DNA of 36,276 nucleotides from a virus (Duplodnaviria; Caudoviricetes): the IMG/VR virus record IMGVR_UViG_3300014775_000384, positions 1-36,276 of that record, one strand, 5' to 3'. Positions 1 through 7,822 of this stretch are shown here, piece by piece (position 1 is the first letter of the stretch; every line of letters starts with the position of its first letter). A model generated the notes under the pieces. That model was given only the letters and a program-made list of their open reading frames with translations, did no database searches and was not told the origin of the DNA. The translations under genes were made by a program, and so were the position numbers.

Positions 1-1
1 C

Positions 2-106
2 ATGATTCAGCTTGAAACCACCGACTACTTCATCGGCTACTGCGTCATGTGCGTAGCCCTCATCATCATCTTTGCTCTCCTTGCATCATACTTTCAGAAC
101 TCATGA
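2..106 (+). CDS. 34-aa single-pass membrane micro-protein (MIQLETTDYFIGYCVMCVALIIIFALLASYFQNS); may extend beyond the window edge
   Basis: Translated by hand (below ORF-track cutoff); one hydrophobic helix; TGA overlaps the next ATG (ATGA 103-106). Confidence 0.65.
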   Translation: MIQLETTDYFIGYCVMCVALIIIFALLASYFQNS

Positions 107-216
107 GCATCTTCATCAACATCCTGTACGGATTCGTTTCCGTCTGCATCACGGGCATGGCAATCGCGCTCGTCAGCACAATCGTAATGGCAATCCGTCA
201 AACCAAGAACCAATGA
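103..216 (+). CDS. 37-aa single-pass membrane micro-protein (MSIFINILYGFVSVCITGMAIALVSTIVMAIRQTKNQ)
   Basis: Hand translation; ATGA-coupled at both ends (103-106, 213-216); hydrophobic helix plus basic tail. Confidence 0.7.
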   Translation: MSIFINILYGFVSVCITGMAIALVSTIVMAIRQTKNQ

Positions 217-611
217 AAGTAGAACTCAACATCCCCGACGAGCGTTTGCACGACGTATTCTGCAACGCCATGTACGGCACCCGCGACTTCCTCGTAGTGG
301 AGGAGGAATGGGACAAGATAGAGGAGCATTGGAACAGCCCCCTGAACAAAGACGTTCGGGAGGCACACCCCGACCCGTACATCGAACGCAAGATGTGGGC
401 GTACATCGAGGCGGGCAAGTCCATCGCCTTCTTCGACGAGTATCAAGAGCAGTTCTGCGAGCTGTCATGGCATCGTGTCGCTGACGGCACAGCCAAGATG
501 GCCAAGGACTACGATTGGCACTTCATGAACATCATCACCGAGGACGACGACGGCATCACGGCAGACGTGTGGCTCCAATGCGTACTGCTCGGTGAAGTAG
601 TGTACGGATAA
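213..611 (+). CDS. acidic phage hypothetical protein (C-terminal DGITADVWLQCVLLGEVVYG motif)
   Basis: Start moved from 72 to the coupled ATG at 213; the C-terminal D..TAD..LQ..L.GE.VYG pattern is typical of a recurrent phage early-protein family. Confidence 0.8.
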   Translation: MKVELNIPDERLHDVFCNAMYGTRDFLVVEEEWDKIEEHWNSPLNKDVREAHPDPYIERKMWAYIEAGKSIAFFDEYQEQFCELSWHRVADGTAKMAKDYDWHFMNIITEDDDGITADVWLQCVLLGEVVYG

Positions 612-815
612 TCAACGATAGTCGGCGGACGTTAAACGCAACCTAAACCGTGGCTCCGACCCTGTAAGCATGGCGAAGACGGAGCCGAGATATATGCCAT
701 GCCACCCGACACCCTGTGGGCAGAATAACAATCAGGGTAGAGGATGGGCAAGGGGAGCAATGCCACTGAACGGGTGACACCTAGACGTTCAGGCCCCACC
801 CAACCTCGCTTTTTT
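612..815 (+). ncRNA. candidate structured RNA (pseudoknot + hairpin + long multi-helix stem ending in a U-tract)
   Basis: GGCTCCG 652-658/CGGAGCC 680-686; loop GCATGGC 668-674 pairs with GCCATGC 696-702; ACCCTG 711-716/CAGGGT 733-738; GAGG-TGGG-GGGG 740-755 pairs with CCCC-CCCA-CCTC 794-807; CTGAACG 766-772/CGTTCAG 786-792; T6 at 810-815. Confidence 0.6.
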
Positions 816-835
816 CAAACCCTTAATTCAATCCA

Positions 836-1063
836 ATGGCTTACTCAAAGAAGTATGACGTAACCAACCGCCTCATCGACTACGAGATGGGGCACCTCGA
901 CGACAGGGGCACGCTTCGCCTGTTCTCTGAACTCGTCAAGACAGGCATGGCTTGGACACTCCAAGGACACTACGGACGCACAGCGCAAGCACTCATCGAC
1001 GATGGGTGGCTCGAAGCGGACGGCAATTTCGGAATCAAGGTAGACACTCTACCACTCAACTAA
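836..1063 (+). CDS. conserved small phage protein (GMAWTLQGHYGRTA motif)
   Basis: 75-aa ORF with A-rich start context; the AWxLQGxYGRxA motif is a recurrent phage hypothetical family. Confidence 0.85.
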   Translation: MAYSKKYDVTNRLIDYEMGHLDDRGTLRLFSELVKTGMAWTLQGHYGRTAQALIDDGWLEADGNFGIKVDTLPLN

Positions 1064-1086
1064 TTTTCATTTCAATCCCATACATC

Positions 1087-1596
1087 ATGGAACAATCAAT
1101 CAAAGACCTCTTGGTTCAGGCACAGACCAAGCAAAAGGTTCAACACGAGCGTGCCGAGTTCTACATTGAAGTTCAACGCGTCATCAAGGAGCAGGCAGAC
1201 ACGATTGCCGAGCTTGAAGAGAAGCTACGCAACAACGACGGCCTTGCTGTCGATTGGCCTGTACTGCGCAAGGTATTCCTGCTTGGTGCAGGGTATGGTG
1301 CTCAAATGCAGATGATGTACGTCGAAGAGGAGACGCGTGACTACGAAGCCGACATCTACTCATCCACCTGCGATGGCGGGCTGTACATGGACATCAACGG
1401 CACATACACCATCGACTCGTCGGACTTGGTAGACCACCTGCGCTTCCGTCAAATCAACCTCGCTGACTTGGAGGACATCCGAACATTCATCGACATGAAC
1501 GACGATGAAATCGACACGAAGGTCGGGGCATACACCAAGCCCACGTTCAACCTTGACAAATCAACAGACAATGAAACGCAACAGACTGACTCCTGA
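1087..1596 (+). CDS. acidic hypothetical protein with N-terminal coiled coil
   Basis: ORF-track frame 952..1596; ATG 1087 chosen because it follows the AT-rich initiation region. Confidence 0.8.
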   Translation: MEQSIKDLLVQAQTKQKVQHERAEFYIEVQRVIKEQADTIAELEEKLRNNDGLAVDWPVLRKVFLLGAGYGAQMQMMYVEEETRDYEADIYSSTCDGGLYMDINGTYTIDSSDLVDHLRFRQINLADLEDIRTFIDMNDDEIDTKVGAYTKPTFNLDKSTDNETQQTDS

Positions 1597-1663
1597 TGTG
1601 TGGCTGTGGCTCGCCTTCCTTGCATGGTTGGCGTTCCTCGGCTCGCTCCTTGCCCTTATGTAA
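1571..1663 (+). CDS. 30-aa membrane micro-protein (MKRNRLTPDVWLWLAFLAWLAFLGSLLALM)
   Basis: Hand translation; basic N-terminus plus Trp-rich TM helix; fills the gap between two genes. Confidence 0.65.
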   Translation: MKRNRLTPDVWLWLAFLAWLAFLGSLLALM

Positions 1664-1672
1664 TCACAACGA

Positions 1673-1945
1673 ATGAAGCAAGTAAACCTAACCCAAGTAC
1701 AGAAAGCACTGCTGTACATCAAGGCACTCGGACACTTCGAGGCCGACATTGTCTACACGGGTGACGACCCTATGGATGATGAACCAACGGTGGCTATGCA
1801 ATCCAAGCACATCCTCATCGACGGCGACCCACCTGTGTACCAATCCCTGTACATCAGGTTGCATCAGTCTGACGTCGAGGCATTTGCTCGTGCGTACGAC
1901 ACCAACGTAGAACATTTACAAACCAATTCAACAAACCATGGCTAA
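1673..1945 (+). CDS. hypothetical protein
   Basis: 90-aa ORF, in-operon packing, codon usage matches neighbours. Confidence 0.75.
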   Translation: MKQVNLTQVQKALLYIKALGHFEADIVYTGDDPMDDEPTVAMQSKHILIDGDPPVYQSLYIRLHQSDVEAFARAYDTNVEHLQTNSTNHG

Positions 1946-2138
1946 ATACCACGGCACAGGTGAGCACAACGGCATCACCTTCAACATCGAGAACGGGGGC
2001 TACGGCCTCAGCAGAGGCATCGCAGAAGTCAACGGCAAGGAACTCGTAACCGAGTGGGCTTACCGCGACGAGACTTACAGCTACCGAGCCATCCGTCAAC
2101 TCATCGACAACGAAACATCAACCAATTCAATTCAATAA
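1938..2138 (+). CDS. hypothetical protein
   Basis: 66-aa ORF overlapping the previous stop; AATTCAA at -13. Confidence 0.75.
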   Translation: MAKYHGTGEHNGITFNIENGGYGLSRGIAEVNGKELVTEWAYRDETYSYRAIRQLIDNETSTNSIQ

Positions 2139-2140
2139 TT

Positions 2141-2578
2141 ATGTCTAAGATTAACAAAGACACACAGGTCAAAGACCAACCATGGGGTTCCTATTGGGAC
2201 CACGAAGGCAAGTACCAAGCAGAGTACGATGCCGCATGGGAAGCACTCATCCCAGCATCAGGTGAAGCAGAGGACGGGCTACCCGAAGCCCTCCGTGCAA
2301 TCTCTCGGGTCGGCTACGACTACTACAACAACGGGTTCTGCAACCTGTGGCGTACATGGGATGATGGAGATACCGAGATGGACTCGTACTACGAGAACTT
2401 GGTGGACTACCTCGCCTACCACGTACCGCCCAAGCTGTACAGGGAGTTCAAGAATTGGCTGCCCACCATCAGCTACGGGAGCATCTCGTGGGGTAGCAAT
2501 GGCGACGACGTCATCGACCGCATCATCGACCACATCATCGAGCAGATGCTCGAAGAAGAACTAATCACCAAGGCATGA
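2141..2578 (+). CDS. conserved phage hypothetical protein (YW..EGKYQ...LIPASG...LRA..R..YDYYNNG motif)
   Basis: ATG 2141 follows an AATTCAATTCAA leader; recurrent motif pattern. Confidence 0.8.
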   Translation: MSKINKDTQVKDQPWGSYWDHEGKYQAEYDAAWEALIPASGEAEDGLPEALRAISRVGYDYYNNGFCNLWRTWDDGDTEMDSYYENLVDYLAYHVPPKLYREFKNWLPTISYGSISWGSNGDDVIDRIIDHIIEQMLEEELITKA

Positions 2579-2832
2579 ACATCTTCAAGCACAATGGTCT
2601 CATCAATGACGAGGGCTACTACACAGGTCCTGAACTTCAATGGAATGTAGAGGATGTCGAGGTTGCTTGTGAGCGCATCGGCCTAACCCTTACCGAGTCT
2701 GACTACGAGCGCATCCTTGTCGCCTCGTTTGAAGAGAACGATTGGGTGATGGAGCGTATGCAACAAGCCATCCAAGACACCATCCATTACATGATTGATA
2801 CCGGAGAACTACCAAACACAAACAAGCAATGA
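2575..2832 (+). CDS. acidic hypothetical protein
   Basis: 85-aa ORF, ATGA-coupled. Confidence 0.75.
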   Translation: MNIFKHNGLINDEGYYTGPELQWNVEDVEVACERIGLTLTESDYERILVASFEENDWVMERMQQAIQDTIHYMIDTGELPNTNKQ

Positions 2833-3197
2833 TTATTTCGCCACCTGACAAGTTCCCCAAGGGTATGTCCCGCAGGAACAAACGACAAATTCAAGAGGGG
2901 TATCAACAGGAGATACAGGGTGCGGGGTTCAACCTCGTGGACTGCGGTAACTGTGGCTCCACGTTCCTGCATCGCACCGCCCACGATGAAGTCGAGTGCC
3001 CCTTCTGTGACTATCGCTCCGAGCCGTGCGACTTCCCCGACCACTTCCACACGGGGTTCTGCGACTCGGCAGAGTTCAATGACCCCGAGCCAAGCGTAGA
3101 CAAGGAGGTAATCGAAGACCTCTGCCACAAGGTGGCGGACATCAAGTACGACTTGCAAGTAGTGTTGGATAAACTATATGGACTAGACAATGACTGA
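2829..3197 (+). CDS. zinc-ribbon protein
   Basis: CGNC-x13-CPFC motif; ATGA-coupled. Confidence 0.8.
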   Translation: MIISPPDKFPKGMSRRNKRQIQEGYQQEIQGAGFNLVDCGNCGSTFLHRTAHDEVECPFCDYRSEPCDFPDHFHTGFCDSAEFNDPEPSVDKEVIEDLCHKVADIKYDLQVVLDKLYGLDND

Positions 3198-3267
3198 AAT
3201 CACAATCTGTGATGTCAAAAACCATCATTAACCCTCAATTTGAGCTATAAAGGCGGAAATATACATC

Positions 3268-3468
3268 ATGAAAAACACAATCAACAAAGCAGCAGAAGCA
3301 AGCACGATGCAAACCATCATCGACAACGCCGCCATTGGCGGGCAGTTTATGGACATCATGGATGACTACATGAAGCGTCAGGATGACGACCCCAACTTTG
3401 ATGGACATCATGAGTTGTACGATTTGTACCACGCCCTTTCAACCCTTTATTTCAACAACAATGAGTAA
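3268..3468 (+). CDS. hypothetical protein
   Basis: 66-aa ORF overlapping the next start. Confidence 0.6.
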   Translation: MKNTINKAAEASTMQTIIDNAAIGGQFMDIMDDYMKRQDDDPNFDGHHELYDLYHALSTLYFNNNE

Positions 3469-3700
3469 CGAAACAGAATCAGACATCCGCCTCCACGTAA
3501 GCAACTGCTTCAATCACAGGGGCTACAAGTTCGACGGGGAGACCCTCGACGAAAGCGGATACCAACAGCTATCACGCCTCATGATTGAGGAGTACGACCT
3601 GTCACACTACGACGTGGACGGAATCGTGGGCGACATCGAAGAGATGGTCGCTCGATACATCATGGAATGGTCACCAAAATTCAACGACGACGATGAATAA
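3461..3700 (+). CDS. acidic hypothetical protein
   Basis: ATG 3461 in the frame of 3383..3700; A-rich leader. Confidence 0.75.
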   Translation: MSNETESDIRLHVSNCFNHRGYKFDGETLDESGYQQLSRLMIEEYDLSHYDVDGIVGDIEEMVARYIMEWSPKFNDDDE

Positions 3701-3911
3701 ATCAATCAAGAACAACTACCTCTACAACGCCATCGAGGACACCCTCATCACGTTGTGGAAAGAGGGCAAGCTCGTTCGCTCGAGCAACCCCGATACCAAG
3801 ACCGGTGAGTACTACTACACCACAGCAGATAAAGCAAGAGCTGCCACAGAAAGCAACCCTGCGCTAGGCAAGTACATCACCTACAAAGAATTTCAATCTC
3901 AAATTAACTAA
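3693..3911 (+). CDS. hypothetical protein (possible winged-helix-like)
   Basis: ATG 3693 overlapping the previous stop; L..EGKLVR...YY pattern. Confidence 0.7.
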   Translation: MNKSIKNNYLYNAIEDTLITLWKEGKLVRSSNPDTKTGEYYYTTADKARAATESNPALGKYITYKEFQSQIN

Positions 3912-3912
3912 C

Positions 3913-4251
3913 ATGATTTTCAATCTATTCAAACGAGACACTCGTGAGCAGTTTGATTACCGCTCAGGAGGAATGCTTATCAAGCGCATCCCCAACCTCA
4001 GAGGAGAGGAAGGTATGCGGGTGCGAATCGAGGTGGGCAACAAGGACTTCATCTCGCTGTCCAACTGCTTGCACATCGGCAGGGCGGCACAGCTTGCTAA
4101 GCACGAGGCTGACCCGGACAACCACTTCAAGTTCAACAGCAGAATCAACAAGCAAATCAACACGCTTCGTTACCTGTCAACTGCACTTGTCAACGAGCAC
4201 CGAGCAAAGAAAGGCAAGGAACCTGTTGCAATTATGGATTCTGATTCCTAA
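3913..4251 (+). CDS. basic hypothetical protein
   Basis: 112-aa ORF starting 1 nt after the previous stop. Confidence 0.75.
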   Translation: MIFNLFKRDTREQFDYRSGGMLIKRIPNLRGEEGMRVRIEVGNKDFISLSNCLHIGRAAQLAKHEADPDNHFKFNSRINKQINTLRYLSTALVNEHRAKKGKEPVAIMDSDS

Positions 4252-4261
4252 ATTTATCCAC

Positions 4262-4537
4262 ATGGAAGAATACATTTTACAGGAAGACACTGACAATCAG
4301 TACGTTGTGTTCGTCACATACGAGTACCACCCTTACCGCCCCGACAGTGACGTCGACCCCGGTAACCCTGAGTACGTGGAGGTCGACCGTGTGTACATCA
4401 AGAGCACGCGCCCTGTTGTCGAGCCCAACGTGGTACCCGAGGAACCCATCGACATCACGGACTTCCACCTCGCCACCCTCATGGACTTCGCTGCTCTCGA
4501 GGAGCAGATACTAGAACACCTAAATTCATTTAAGTAA
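4262..4537 (+). CDS. highly acidic hypothetical protein
   Basis: ATG 4262 in the frame of 3944..4537; TAATG-coupled to the next gene. Confidence 0.75.
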   Translation: MEEYILQEDTDNQYVVFVTYEYHPYRPDSDVDPGNPEYVEVDRVYIKSTRPVVEPNVVPEEPIDITDFHLATLMDFAALEEQILEHLNSFK

Positions 4538-4734
4538 TGGCAGATTTTGAAGAACGCAGATTCCTTGTCGGTTGGTCTGACGACGGCAAGGAGTACGCAA
4601 CCATGGTGTGGCTGTGCCAAGTGCCCATCAAGCACAAAGGCTACAGCATCCACACACTAGATGGTACGTCAGACTTATTCGTGGTCGCACCCGATGGCGG
4701 TGTGGTGGGTAACGCAAAAGCATACGAGGTATGA
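4537..4734 (+). CDS. hypothetical protein
   Basis: 65-aa ORF coupled at both ends. Confidence 0.7.
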   Translation: MADFEERRFLVGWSDDGKEYATMVWLCQVPIKHKGYSIHTLDGTSDLFVVAPDGGVVGNAKAYEV

Positions 4735-5144
4735 ACGGGCACTACACACTACGATACCACTTGGGTCGTGGCAGGAACTACAAGAAGTGGCAGCTCAAGA
4801 AGATGTCTCCGGTGGGCAAGTTCGCTATGGCGACAGAATACCACAGGCCTGACGGATTCGTTGCGCTGTTGCACAACTGTAGGTTACGCAACCACGGCTC
4901 AGTAGCCAAGCGTATCCACGATGGCATGAACAAGACGGTCTGTGCATGGGTCGAGTTCGATGACTACCACTTGGTAGGCGGTGAGCATCTGCCCCGAATA
5001 CTGATGGAGCAGACCGACAAGAGGTATATGTACAATCCGCGCAAGCACCCACACTGGGTAAGCGGTGTGTCCGACAACGAGGACAATGCCGTGGTTCCCT
5101 TGATGCTTGTACACAATCGAAACTTGTATGGAATCGCAGAGTAA
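4731..5144 (+). CDS. conserved phage hypothetical protein (RYHLGRG.NY.KWQ ... NKTVCAW motif)
   Basis: 137-aa ORF, ATGA-coupled; recurrent motif pattern. Confidence 0.8.
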   Translation: MNGHYTLRYHLGRGRNYKKWQLKKMSPVGKFAMATEYHRPDGFVALLHNCRLRNHGSVAKRIHDGMNKTVCAWVEFDDYHLVGGEHLPRILMEQTDKRYMYNPRKHPHWVSGVSDNEDNAVVPLMLVHNRNLYGIAE

Positions 5145-5574
5145 ACTTGCAATGTACAAGGCATGCTACATGCACTTCATGTACGGGGGCTCGACCGTGT
5201 CCCCATGGAACAGCCACGTGCCGACAGAAGGATACATGCTTGGGCGTAGTGACCTATCCGAAACCATCCTAGTGCAGTCAGTCTACAATCCTGACATGGC
5301 TGCGCTTGACCTTCCCGCAATCCAAGTGCCACGTCAATCATACGTGTCCAACCTAGCGATTGCATGGACGATGCAGATGGATGCCATCACCAAGCTTAAG
5401 CAACACAGCCTCAGGTCCAAGATGTATGTAGGTACATGGGACAACAAGGAAGGCGACACTGAGGTCGACATCTCACAACTGTTCGATGACAAGGAGGAAG
5501 CACTCGACAGGTGCAAACTCCTCGGAGAGAAGTGTGTGTGGGACCTCAAGAACAACGTAGAAATCTATCCCTAA
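5128..5574 (+). CDS. phage hypothetical protein (GG.T...P..GY...G.W...D.S...DL family)
   Basis: ATG 5128 in the frame of 5107..5574; start uncertain (5152 is an alternative). Confidence 0.75.
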   Translation: MESQSKLAMYKACYMHFMYGGSTVSPWNSHVPTEGYMLGRSDLSETILVQSVYNPDMAALDLPAIQVPRQSYVSNLAIAWTMQMDAITKLKQHSLRSKMYVGTWDNKEGDTEVDISQLFDDKEEALDRCKLLGEKCVWDLKNNVEIYP

Positions 5575-5585
5575 TTCAAATCAAC

Positions 5586-5903
5586 ATGTCTAATTTCAAG
5601 AGACGCTGGTCACAGCAAGAGGTGGCCACTGCTACGGAGCACATCACAAGCGACGTGCCCCTCACGTTCAACAACCCAACCATCAACAAGGTGGCTAAGA
5701 TTATCGGTCGCTCACCCGAGTCGGTGTGTGCCAAGATGACTCAGCTCCGCATCGAGGACCGCAAGTGCGTCACGCTCAACACCAAGGAGCGCAACGCAGC
5801 TGTGCTTGTCATGTCCAAGATGTTGTTCCACGATGAGGTTGACGGTGAGCTGTACTTCAAGCTTATGCGTATCATCCATGAGAACTCGGTGGCAGTTCGA
5901 TGA
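5586..5903 (+). CDS. Myb/SANT-like helix-turn-helix DNA-binding protein
   Basis: RRWSQQE ... VAKIIGRSPESVCAK pattern; ATG 5586 with AATTCAA at -13. Confidence 0.65.
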   Translation: MSNFKRRWSQQEVATATEHITSDVPLTFNNPTINKVAKIIGRSPESVCAKMTQLRIEDRKCVTLNTKERNAAVLVMSKMLFHDEVDGELYFKLMRIIHENSVAVR

Positions 5904-5990
5904 CAAAGAGACAATGGCGCAGACATCTGCTTGTACTAAGGGTTGCACTAGCGCTATACATTTCGTTCATTATCAAGATGTTATGGTGGC

Positions 5991-6035
5991 GATGGCAGTG
6001 ATGTGTGGAAAACTTTTTTCCTGCATCCTGCTATC
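5991..6035 (+). other. long imperfect intergenic hairpin at the early/replication boundary
   Basis: GATGGCAG-T-GATGTG-T-GGAAAA [CTT] TTTTCC-TGCATC-CTGCTATC; ~20 bp including G-U pairs. Confidence 0.6.
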
Positions 6036-6041
6036 AAACCC

Positions 6042-6072
6042 TTGACTTTGTCAGAAATCATTCCGAACTTTA
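6042..6072 (+). promoter_or_regulatory. Bacteroidota sigma-A-like promoter (TTG-N20-GAACTTTA)
   Basis: Imperfect match to the TTG/TAnnTTTG consensus; same 20-nt spacer as the sites at 7480 and 10499. Confidence 0.5.
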
Positions 6073-6108
6073 CCCCGATAAATCGGGAAAAACACAATTC
6101 AATTCCAC

Positions 6109-6741
6109 ATGAAAACAATCATTCATAAGCTATCTGACGTGCAGGCACGACTGAAAGCACCCAAGGGACAATTCAATTCCTTTGGCAAATACAAGTACCG
6201 CTCGTGCGAGGACATTGTAGAATCTGTAAAGCCCCTTCTAACAGAACATGGTCTCGCTCTCGTGATGAGTGACACTATCGTAGAGACAGGTGGTCGAGTG
6301 TATGTGCAGGCTACAGTGACAGTATCAGATGGCGAGGCAGAAGTATCTGCTTCAGGATTCGCTCGAGAAGAAGAGAACAAGAAGGGCATGGATGGCTCGC
6401 AAGTCACAGGTGCTGCCTCTTCGTACGCGAGAAAGTACGCGCTCAACGGACTGTTCTGTATTGATGACGGCAAGGACAGCGATGCTACCAACACGCATGG
6501 CAGCTACACCAAGCCTGAAAGAATCACAGCACCTCCTGTTGAGAACGGCAAGATTAAGCCACAGGTAGACGACGAGACTATGGAGAAGGCAATCGCCTTC
6601 ATACAGAACTCAAAGAATCCACAGCAAGCTTACGCCATGTCCGTGGACAAGTACACCTTTACTCCCGAACAGGATTCCGAACTGCTCGAGACAGTCAATA
6701 AGACCGTCGCAGCTAAAGGCGCGAAGAGCAAGAGGAAGTAA
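6109..6741 (+). CDS. erf: ERF-family single-strand annealing protein
   Basis: LKAPKGQFNSFGKYKYRSCEDI and GAASSYARKYALNGLFCID signature motifs. Confidence 0.93.
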   Translation: MKTIIHKLSDVQARLKAPKGQFNSFGKYKYRSCEDIVESVKPLLTEHGLALVMSDTIVETGGRVYVQATVTVSDGEAEVSASGFAREEENKKGMDGSQVTGAASSYARKYALNGLFCIDDGKDSDATNTHGSYTKPERITAPPVENGKIKPQVDDETMEKAIAFIQNSKNPQQAYAMSVDKYTFTPEQDSELLETVNKTVAAKGAKSKRK

Positions 6742-7523
6742 TGGAGTTCTCTCTCAAGCTACAGGAGAAGGCGGGCAAGAGCTATCTGTCCTACAGCTCA
6801 ATCAAGCATGCGCTCACTGACATGCGTGCCTTCGAGTTGTATATGGCAGGCAAGCTGAAGAAGGAGTCTCCGGCTCTCACCTTCGGCTCGATGTACGACA
6901 TGATGTTGTTCGAGCCTGAGAAGGCCAAGGCTACCTATCAAGTCATCGACCATGACGAAATCATGGAGAAGATGAGCGACCGAGTCAAGGCCCTGAAGAA
7001 TCCCAAGAGCTCATCAGAGTACAAGGCAGCAGTGCAACAGATAAAGACTGAGGCCATCGAGGAAGACAAGCATCTCGTTGATGAGTCAGAGTGGAAGACA
7101 GCTCACTTCATGGTGAAGCGGTTGATTGACTCCGGCATCAAGGACGGATACATGATGGGTGACTATCAGGTTGAGTTCAACGAGTTCATTGACGACATCC
7201 CAGTGCGTGGCTTCTTTGACTGCAAGGGCGCGGAGTACGTGTCCGACAGCAAGAGCACGCGCTCGATACCGGGATTCAGGTACGATGTAAACAAATTCTC
7301 CTATGACATTCAAGCGTATATCTACACGCAGGTCGCGGGTCTTGATGACTTTTTTTGGGTTGCTCAGGAAAAGACGTACCCGTACCCGGTGGCTGTGTAT
7401 AAGGCGAAGGAAGAGACGATTCTGAGGGGGCAGTTCAAGTTCGAGCATGCCGTCGCCAAAATAAAAGATTGGCTTTTCCTTGACAAACCCGTAGTTAATG
7501 ACTACATTTACGAAGAAATTTAA
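6741..7523 (+). CDS. PD-(D/E)XK exonuclease, RecE/exonuclease VIII (DUF3799)-like
   Basis: LSYSSIK, AL.FGS, RGFFD...DSKST, Y.IQAYIY, FFWVAQEKTYPY motifs; adjacent to Erf. Confidence 0.85.
   Translation: MEFSLKLQEKAGKSYLSYSSIKHALTDMRAFELYMAGKLKKESPALTFGSMYDMMLFEPEKAKATYQVIDHDEIMEKMSDRVKALKNPKSSSEYKAAVQQIKTEAIEEDKHLVDESEWKTAHFMVKRLIDSGIKDGYMMGDYQVEFNEFIDDIPVRGFFDCKGAEYVSDSKSTRSIPGFRYDVNKFSYDIQAYIYTQVAGLDDFFWVAQEKTYPYPVAVYKAKEETILRGQFKFEHAVAKIKDWLFLDKPVVNDYIYEEI
7480..7510 (+). promoter_or_regulatory. Bacteroidota sigma-A-like promoter (TTG-N20-TACATTTA)
   Basis: Consensus-like boxes and spacing upstream of the SSB-like gene. Confidence 0.55.
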
Positions 7524-7540
7524 TTCAACATTCTATTCAC

Positions 7541-7798
7541 ATGGATACAAACAACAAACCAGCAGACCGCGTTTTCATCGGCGATGTAACGCAGGTCAAG
7601 TCTTCTGCTCGTGTCAAGTTCACTCTTGCTGAGTTGGAGGAGATGAAGAAGTACGCAACAGACAAAGGCGCTGTCTATGTCTCAGTCGTGCTGACTCCTG
7701 ACAAGGAGCGCTACTCAAAGTCGAACGCTTGGGCATCCGTCTACGACCCACGTGCCGAAGGCGCTCAGCAAACCAAGTCGAACGACGTGCCGTTCTAA
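7541..7798 (+). CDS. putative single-stranded DNA-binding protein
   Basis: Beta-rich 85 aa with an SSB-type C-terminal DVPF tail; follows Erf and the exonuclease. Confidence 0.65.
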   Translation: MDTNNKPADRVFIGDVTQVKSSARVKFTLAELEEMKKYATDKGAVYVSVVLTPDKERYSKSNAWASVYDPRAEGAQQTKSNDVPF

Positions 7799-7822
7799 AG
7801 GGTAAACTGTTTCATGATGTTA

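Noticed and set aside
72-212. N-terminal His-rich extension of ORF 72..611
   Set aside because: This region is better explained by the two coupled TM micro-genes in other frames; the true start is 213
615-705. tRNA or a known self-cleaving ribozyme (pistol/HDV/twister/hammerhead)
   Set aside because: No cloverleaf or GTTC T-arm, and the catalytic consensus could not be fitted by eye; kept only as an unnamed structured RNA
750-775. AGGGGA...GCCACTG as a cobalamin riboswitch
   Set aside because: The remaining B12-box elements (GGGAAG partner, T-loop stems) are absent and the downstream gene is unrelated
5806-6045. 79-aa ORF (or 43 aa from ATG 5914) in the intergenic region
   Set aside because: Atypical composition and overlap with the hairpin and promoter; better explained as regulatory DNA
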